This document shows, piece by piece, positions 57,292 to 64,000 of a stretch of DNA of 64,000 nt. The notes under the pieces were generated by a model that was given only the letters and a program-made list of their open reading frames with translations, ran no database searches and had not been told where the DNA came from. How positions within the stretch are numbered: position 1 is the stretch's first letter; each line of letters begins with the position of its first letter. This stretch comes from Gemmatimonadales bacterium (GTDB lineage: Bacteria > Gemmatimonadota > Gemmatimonadetes > Gemmatimonadales > GWC2-71-9): positions 50,026-114,025 of the forward strand of contig JBFJHJ010000003.1 in assembly GCA_041613315.1 (NCBI GenBank), written 5' to 3'. Made by a program: the position numbers and the translations under genes.

Positions 57292-59318
57292 GGGGACAGC
57301 CGCTCCGGCCGCTCGTGATGGAGCACCCAGAGCCCCGAGTTCATGTCGCTCATGAAGACGTTCCCCTTGAACAGCTGTGGCCCCCACGCCATGGGCGCAT
57401 TGGGACGCAGCGCCTGCTCCGTCGCCGCCGTGTAGTACCAACCGATCTGCCGTCCCTGGCGGTAGAGATCGCCACGGAGCTCACCGGAAACGTCCACGAT
57501 GCGGAGTCCGCCCTGATAATAGGCGATGTAGAGAACCCCATTCTCGACCCAGATATTGTGTGCGCCGGCTTCCGGCACGTCGAACTTGGCGACCTCCCTG
57601 GGATGCTCGATGTCGCCCACGTCGATCACGTGGATGTAGCCACGAGGACCGTTGACGCACGCCTCGCAGCCGAAGATCTCGTCGCCCACGAAGACGTAGT
57701 TCCCCTCGCGGTAGGCCGTGTGCGTGTTCCCGATGGGGTACGAGATGCGGGACACGAACGCCGGATGCACGGCGGTGCCGCCGTGTGTGCCGGCGCCGAT
57801 ATCGAGGATCACCAGTCCGTCATCCCAGTACGACAGGTACGCATACCGCCCATCGGCCCACACGTCGTGGAGCGACTTGTCCGTATCGCCGGGTCGTACC
57901 TCCCATCGTCCCGCGTGACGCGGCCGCCGCGGGTCGCTCAGATCCAGGATGTGCATGGCGCTGGTGCCGTCGTTCACGGCGTACACCACGTTGCCGTTGA
58001 TCCACGTGTTGTGGATGCCGGCCGTCAAGCTGTCGGTCAGCTCGGACAAGATCTTCGGGTGGGCCGGATCGGCGAGGTCGAGCACCACGATGCCGTTCCG
58101 GCGATTGCTGGCGCCTTCCCGCGTGATGATCGCCCAGCTCGCATCGCCGTTCACTTTGACGTCGTTCACCACCCGGCCGTCCACCACCACCGAGTCGGTG
58201 AGTCGGATGTTGGCCGGATCGGTTACGTCCCACGCATACATGCGGTTTCCACCACCCTCCGCGTGGGTCCCCGTGTACGCATAATCACGCCCGTCCTTGC
58301 CGGTAAACACCCACAGATCGCTCGTCGAGACCGAGTCGGGCCCGCGGCGGCCGATCAGGCGAACTGGCGTCGACGTGGGCCGCGCTGACACGGTCACCAG
58401 GGCTTCCGCGGCCAGGCCGCCCGCCGTCACCACGACCTTGTATCGCCCAGGATTCTCCGCCACGAACGCGCCGTCGGGAAACACCTGCGCACCGGCCGAG
58501 TCGAGGGGGGCGACCGCATAGGAGAGTGCGATGTCGGGGACAGCACGGCCGCGCGCGTCCAAGGCCTTGATCTCGAAATGCACCACGTCGCCCGTTCGCG
58601 CGGTCATGGACTTGGGGCTCACGTCCAGTTGACGCACGGGGTTCGCCCGCACGCGGAGCACGTAGGGCGTCGAGACGCCACCCTCGGTGGCGGCGGCGAG
58701 CCGCGCCGTGCCCACGCGTCCCAAGCTCACGACCCCACCGGGCGTCACCGTGGCCACCTGCGGATCGTCGCTCCGCCACGTGACGGCCGCGGTCGCGTGC
58801 GGCGTGTTCCGCGTGGTCATGGGCCGGGCCACCAGCGCGTAGGACGTGCCCACGTACGGCTGGTACGTGGGCTCGTCGATCGCGATCTTCGCCACCGGCC
58901 ACTCGCGCACGACCACCGCCGCCGAATCCGCCAGGCGCCACTCGAAGCCCGCCGAGTCACTCGGCACCTGCACGAAGATGCCGAACGCCGACTGCCCAGG
59001 CTGCACGCCCCACAGCAGATACGAATCGGCGATCGAGTCCTTGATCGACTGCAGATTGAACAGCCCCGATTGGCGCCCCAGACCGAAGCGGGCCCCGCGC
59101 ACGCGGTTCCCACGCTCGTCCAGCAGGGCGACCGTGAGGAGAATCGTATCGCCACGCTCGAGCGACACCGGAGTCGGACTGACGCGGGCGCCAGTGACCC
59201 GGCGGCCGGCTGCGAGCTCCTCGGCCGACCCTGGCGGGATCTGCGCGTGGAGGGGCGGCAAGATGCCGCCCAGCGCGGCGGCCGCAGCTAAGAGCGCAAC
59301 GAACGATCGTGTCGGCAT
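57288..59318 (-). CDS. secreted Ig-like (Big_2) plus LVIVD-repeat protein
   Basis: signal peptide, VTWRSDDP.VATV, repeats VLDLADP, ILDLSDP, LVILD, HVIDV, LRIVD. Confidence 0.85.
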   Translation of the reverse strand: MPTRSFVALLAAAAALGGILPPLHAQIPPGSAEELAAGRRVTGARVSPTPVSLERGDTILLTVALLDERGNRVRGARFGLGRQSGLFNLQSIKDSIADSYLLWGVQPGQSAFGIFVQVPSDSAGFEWRLADSAAVVVREWPVAKIAIDEPTYQPYVGTSYALVARPMTTRNTPHATAAVTWRSDDPQVATVTPGGVVSLGRVGTARLAAATEGGVSTPYVLRVRANPVRQLDVSPKSMTARTGDVVHFEIKALDARGRAVPDIALSYAVAPLDSAGAQVFPDGAFVAENPGRYKVVVTAGGLAAEALVTVSARPTSTPVRLIGRRGPDSVSTSDLWVFTGKDGRDYAYTGTHAEGGGNRMYAWDVTDPANIRLTDSVVVDGRVVNDVKVNGDASWAIITREGASNRRNGIVVLDLADPAHPKILSELTDSLTAGIHNTWINGNVVYAVNDGTSAMHILDLSDPRRPRHAGRWEVRPGDTDKSLHDVWADGRYAYLSYWDDGLVILDIGAGTHGGTAVHPAFVSRISYPIGNTHTAYREGNYVFVGDEIFGCEACVNGPRGYIHVIDVGDIEHPREVAKFDVPEAGAHNIWVENGVLYIAYYQGGLRIVDVSGELRGDLYRQGRQIGWYYTAATEQALRPNAPMAWGPQLFKGNVFMSDMNSGLWVLHHERPERLSP

Positions 59319-59510
59319 GGCAGGTCCTCTCACGGGACGGAGTGGCGAGCGATGAGCGGTTTAAGCTAACGGAACGGCGGCCGGTGGTGCAGGCCCCGGC
59401 GGCTGTCGGATCACCCGACGAGTGCGATACCCCGCGAGTTTCAAAACGATTCGCCCCCAGGCCCGAACGTTGACGGCTGCCTATGCCTTTACTACGTTGG
59501 CACTTACGTC

Positions 59511-60512
59511 ATGCACCTTCGACCGCCTCGGACCGCCGCACTCGCCGCCGCCCTGGTGGCCTTCGCGCCGCCGCTCGCGGCACAGGGGAGTGGCTTGGAT
59601 TTCACCTATGGGCGCTGGTGGCACGGCGACCCTGCGGTCGCGTACGGCGTGTCGCTCTACCGCCCGCTGCTGGGAATGCTCGACGTCGGATTCGGCCTCT
59701 CCTACCTCAACGACTCCCGCTCGCTCATCGACCGGTCGCAAACGGGGGTCGAGGTCTCGCTCGCGGCGGGACGGCGCCGCGCGGGACTCTACGGCGTGGC
59801 TTCCGCCGGTCTCGGCGTGACCCATGCGGACAGGGATCTCAGCGCGCTCTGGAGCGCGGGGGCCGGTTACGCGCTCCGTCCCGTGTCCTTCCTCACGGTG
59901 GGACTCGAAGCGCGCTACCGGGCGGAAGATCGATCCCTGCGTGGCTTCTGGCGACTCGAGTCCGACGACCGCGCGGGCGTCGTGCTCCAGGCCCGCGTCG
60001 CCGTCGGCTTCGGTTCACGGGGTGGGGGCGCGGTGCCAGCCACCGCGCGCGAGCCGCTGAACGCGCCGCCGCGACCGGCGATCGAGGACGCCGCGCTGCG
60101 CACCGGCGCCTCCGACGACGTCGCCGCGCTCGCCGCCGGCATCGTACAGACCGCGGTGGACGTCATGGGGACCCCCTACCGGTGGGGCGGAACGGGGGAG
60201 GACGGCTACGACTGCTCCGGGCTGATCCAGTACGCGTACCAGGAGCACGGGATCCTGCTCCCCCGCGTGAGCCGCGACCAGGCACGAATCGGCACGCGTG
60301 TCGAGCGCGACCTCGCGCAGCTGCGGCCGGGGGACATCCTCACGTTTTCCGCAGGCGGCGGCGGCGTGTCGCACGTCGGCCTGTACGTGGGTGACGGCAC
60401 GTTCATCCACAGCGCCTCGACGGGCGTCAAGCTCTCGAGCCTGACGACGACCGACCCGGAGAGCCGCTGGTGGCAGGCGCGGTGGGTGGGCGCGCGGCGG
60501 GTCCTGAATTGA
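59511..60512 (+). CDS. NlpC/P60 (C40) peptidase with N-terminal beta-rich domain
   Basis: GTPYRWGG, DCSGL, HVGLY, FIHS, GARRV; promoter TTGACG-17-TACGTT at 59470-59498. Confidence 0.9.
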   Translation: MHLRPPRTAALAAALVAFAPPLAAQGSGLDFTYGRWWHGDPAVAYGVSLYRPLLGMLDVGFGLSYLNDSRSLIDRSQTGVEVSLAAGRRRAGLYGVASAGLGVTHADRDLSALWSAGAGYALRPVSFLTVGLEARYRAEDRSLRGFWRLESDDRAGVVLQARVAVGFGSRGGGAVPATAREPLNAPPRPAIEDAALRTGASDDVAALAAGIVQTAVDVMGTPYRWGGTGEDGYDCSGLIQYAYQEHGILLPRVSRDQARIGTRVERDLAQLRPGDILTFSAGGGGVSHVGLYVGDGTFIHSASTGVKLSSLTTTDPESRWWQARWVGARRVLN

Positions 60513-60656
60513 GGCGGTGCCAAGGGGCACCCTGCGGCCCTGGGCCTGAGGGATCTGGAGTTTGGCAATGTCCCCTCGCCCTCCCGTCTGGGGCCACGTG
60601 ACGGGATCGTCGGGCGTAGCCACGGCCGTCGGCTAACGGACGACGGGTCACGCCCG

Positions 60657-61205
60657 ATGCCGTGGATCCGATGGATCGACGAGGACGATGCCGAGGGCCG
60701 CCTGAAGGCGCTGTACGCCCGATACGGCGGGCCGCGCGGCGTCGACCACATCCTCAAGATCCACGCGCTCAACCCCGAGTCCCTCGACCGTCACTACCGC
60801 TACTACGCACACCTCATGCGGGGGCCCTCCGGACTGTCCCAGGCGGAGCGCGAGCTCCTCGCCGTCGTCGTCTCCACCGTCAACGACTGCTTCTACTGAA
60901 TCCGCCATCACGGAGCGGGTCTCCGTCGGGCGCTGCGCGACGACGCCAAGTGGCGGGCCATCGTTGCGGACTACCACGCCGCGCCGCTCTCACCGCGGGA
61001 GCGGGCGCTCGTGGCATACGCCGAGAAGCTCACCCGCACACCGCAGGCGATGGCGCGCGCGGACATCACCGCACTTCGCAGCGCCGGCCTCGACGACGGC
61101 GAGATTCTCGACGCGTGCCAGATCATCGGCTACTACAACTTCGTGAACCGGTTGGCGGACGGGTTGGGTGTCGAGCTGGAGGACTCCTGGGACGAGCCGG
61201 GATGA
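60657..61205 (+). CDS. AhpD/CMD family peroxidase-related enzyme, probable selenoprotein (UGA at 60897-60899)
   Basis: ORFs 60657-60899 and 61011-61205 share a frame; reading through gives NDCFY-U-IRHHG...YAEKLT...YYNFVNRLADGLG, 182 aa. Confidence 0.85.
60910..60926 (+). promoter_or_regulatory. bacterial SECIS-like hairpin
   Basis: ACGGAG-CGGGT-CTCCGT; loop starts 17 nt after the UGA. Confidence 0.55.
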
Positions 61206-61490
61206 GGGGTGCGCCGTGAGGACCGCCATGGCCCGGTCGCGGCGTCTCGCGCTGGCCCTCGTCCGAGAATCGCGACCGCGATCGATCTCGAGAGCTCGGC
61301 GGAGCGGTGGTGCGCGTCGTGGGAGCAGCGATGGGCTGCGCGCGACCTCCTCTTGACGTCCGGATTTCGCGCACCAGTGTTGCGGGGAACGCTTTCGTGG
61401 ACCCTGAGGGATTGTAAGCCCTCCACGAGAGTGGCCTTCTCATCCTATTCCGACGCGCGTTCTCTTGCGCCGGGCCGCCGGCCAGGTGAC

Positions 61491-61961
61491 ATGAGTCCCC
61501 GAACGATCTCGCACGGACTTCTAATATTGGCTGGCCTCTCGCTGGTCGCTCAACTCGATGCCCAGACGCGCTACGCACGCCATCTCGGCCTCGAGCAGGG
61601 GCTGATCCCCGCGTTCGTCGCGAGCCTGGCGCAGGATCCCGACGGCCCCCTGTGGATCGGCAGCGCCGGTGGCCTCTACCGGTACGACGGTGTCGAGATG
61701 CGACGGTGGGCGCCCGAGATCCTCCGGAGCTGGGTGAGCGTGCTCGCGGTCGCGCCGGACGGCGGACTCATCGCGCTCGATGAGGATCAAGGCGGCGTGT
61801 TCGCCGTCGTGCCGGACGGTGTTCGTCCGGTGACGGGACCGGCGAACGAACGAGCCCACTCGTGTGCTGGCGTGCCCTCGGCACCGCACCCCGCTCACCG
61901 GCCAGGCGGCGCAAACGCGGTCTCGTCCACGTCCGTGCTGATCACCGCTCGGGGGAAATAG
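61491..61961 (+). pseudogene. truncated two-component regulator propeller (ligand-binding sensor) gene
   Basis: signal peptide, EQGL, LAQDPDG.LWIGS.GGLYRYDG; loses coherence after about 120 aa and runs into the convergent gene. Confidence 0.55.
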
Positions 61962-62662
61962 ATCCGGGCGTCGCCACTCAGGAAGGGTCGGTCGAGCGAG
62001 ACGAGGATCGGCCCGCGCCGCTCCCACTGCGTCCAGCGCGTTCGCGTGTTGGTCGTGGTGTCCGCCCGGTTGCGGAAGTGCTCCCACCATCCGATCAGAT
62101 GTGTCTCGGGATCGAGGTAGAGCTCGTAGCGGTTGTTGGGCGTGAGGCCCACGTTCTCGAAGGTGAGCTCGATCTGGTCCCACGGCTGGCCCGCCGCATC
62201 GGTGGCCGTGCCGCGCCAGAGCAGGTTGACGCCGGGATCGCGGCACTTGAACGGCATGATGAACCAGTAGCTGTCGTTGATGTAGATGGCGTACGCGCGC
62301 TCCAGCAGCGTCCGCGCGGAGTCGCCTTCCATGCGTTGGCCGTCGACCCACACTCGGCCCTCGCGCGTGGTGGTCGTGAACAGCGCCACCATCTGCTGTC
62401 CCTCGCCGAGCGGCGCCTCCAGCTTGTAACGGCCGGTCCACCGGTCCCACACGTGGCGACGCTCCACCGTGCGCCCGCCCCGCTCGATCGCCCACACGAA
62501 GTCGAAGAACCGGGCCGACTCCCACGCGGCCCGCCCCCCCATCGCCGCCACCATGAGCGACTCGGCGCGCAGCGCCAGCGGGTCGGCGTCGGTCTGGGCA
62601 GGGAGCGGTGACGGCGGCGCCACGAGGAGGGCCGCAGCGCAGGAGAGCAAGGAGAAGCGCAT
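61895..62662 (-). CDS. secreted hypothetical protein (LolA-like fold possible)
   Basis: signal peptide, AMGG.AAW, INDSYW..MPFK, GLTP..RY.LY.DP. Confidence 0.75.
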   Translation of the reverse strand: MRFSLLSCAAALLVAPPSPLPAQTDADPLALRAESLMVAAMGGRAAWESARFFDFVWAIERGGRTVERRHVWDRWTGRYKLEAPLGEGQQMVALFTTTTREGRVWVDGQRMEGDSARTLLERAYAIYINDSYWFIMPFKCRDPGVNLLWRGTATDAAGQPWDQIELTFENVGLTPNNRYELYLDPETHLIGWWEHFRNRADTTTNTRTRWTQWERRGPILVSLDRPFLSGDARIYFPRAVISTDVDETAFAPPGR

Positions 62663-62750
62663 GACTGGAGCCTCGTTGGGACAAGAGCGGACACCCGCGA
62701 CGGGCCGAATATCGGCCGAGACACAGGTGTCCGCCAGCCCTGGGGTGGCC

Positions 62751-62778
62751 TTGACATTGGCCGGACGCGGTCTATGTT
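62751..62778 (+). promoter_or_regulatory. sigma70-type promoter of groESL
   Basis: TTGACA-16 bp-TATGTT just upstream of CIRCE. Confidence 0.6.
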
Positions 62779-62787
62779 TCGCACACG

Positions 62788-62814
62788 TTAGCACTCTGAT
62801 TGGATGAGTGCTAA
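62788..62814. promoter_or_regulatory. CIRCE element (HrcA operator)
   Basis: perfect TTAGCACTC-N9-GAGTGCTAA. Confidence 0.97.
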
Positions 62815-62866
62815 TTACCTCTAACCAACACATTTTTAAGAACTTATGCTCATGGAGGCATAGGTT

Positions 62867-63181
62867 ATGGCGACTGCCACGAAGACCAAGGCGAAAGTCG
62901 GGATCCAGCCGCTGAGCGACCGTGTGGTGATTCGTCCCCTCGAGGAGGGGGAGGCGATGCGGGGCGGGCTGTTCATCCCGGACACGGCCAAGGAGAAGCC
63001 GCAGCAGGGTGAGATCGTCGCGGTGGGGCCCGGCCGGTTCGAAAAGAACGAGCGCGTCCCGATGGAGCTCAAGGTGGGCCAGAAGGTGCTGTACGGGAAG
63101 TACACCGGGACCGAGGTGACGTACGAGGACATCGAGTACCTGATCATCAAAGAGGGCGACGTGCTCGCCGTCCTCGATTGA
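62867..63181 (+). CDS. groES: co-chaperonin GroES
   Basis: PLSDRVV, GGLFIPDTAKEKPQ.G, AVGPG, KYTGTEV. Confidence 0.97.
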   Translation: MATATKTKAKVGIQPLSDRVVIRPLEEGEAMRGGLFIPDTAKEKPQQGEIVAVGPGRFEKNERVPMELKVGQKVLYGKYTGTEVTYEDIEYLIIKEGDVLAVLD

Positions 63182-63188
63182 CCGTTGA

Positions 63189-64000
<812 letters not shown>

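Noticed and set aside
60657..61205. Reading the CMD gene as two small genes or a pseudogene
   Set aside because: The stop is UGA at the conserved redox Cys position, the frame continues intact and a hairpin follows; recoding is the simpler explanation
61391..61432. Nested hairpin upstream of the truncated sensor gene
   Set aside because: No recognisable riboswitch motif; cannot be separated from chance pairing without covariation data

Overview
High-GC bacterial chromosome segment, probably Gemmatimonadota (inferred from gene content and the HU and lipoprotein styles; not proven). In order it carries: (1) rne/rng-rplU-rpmA; (2) a tightly coupled minus-strand operon of about 16 genes (2159-15484) headed by a TetR with a PaaR-type operator, encoding a short BoxB-like diiron epoxidase, a half-length BoxC-like crotonase, an aldehyde dehydrogenase, PaaG/F/H/J-like enzymes, an amidohydrolase and a DASS transporter, with no BoxA reductase or CoA ligase in the window; (3) an ECF sigma triad, tRNA-Leu(CAA), a lipoprotein and a PLD; (4) a signalling block (19516-28711) with a FlgM-like ORF, sigma54 activator, FlhG/MinD-like ATPase, FliA sigma28 and three histidine kinases, but no flagellar structural genes; (5) a long housekeeping run from icd to mdh; (6) a PTPS, beta-propeller proteins, NlpC/P60 and an AhpD/CMD peroxidase with an in-frame UGA in a CxxU motif followed by a SECIS-like hairpin (likely selenoprotein); (7) CIRCE-groES-groEL, with groEL partial and carrying an insertion of about 15 aa. 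No CRISPR array, integrase or transposase was seen. Family calls come from motif recognition and remembered sequences, not database searches.
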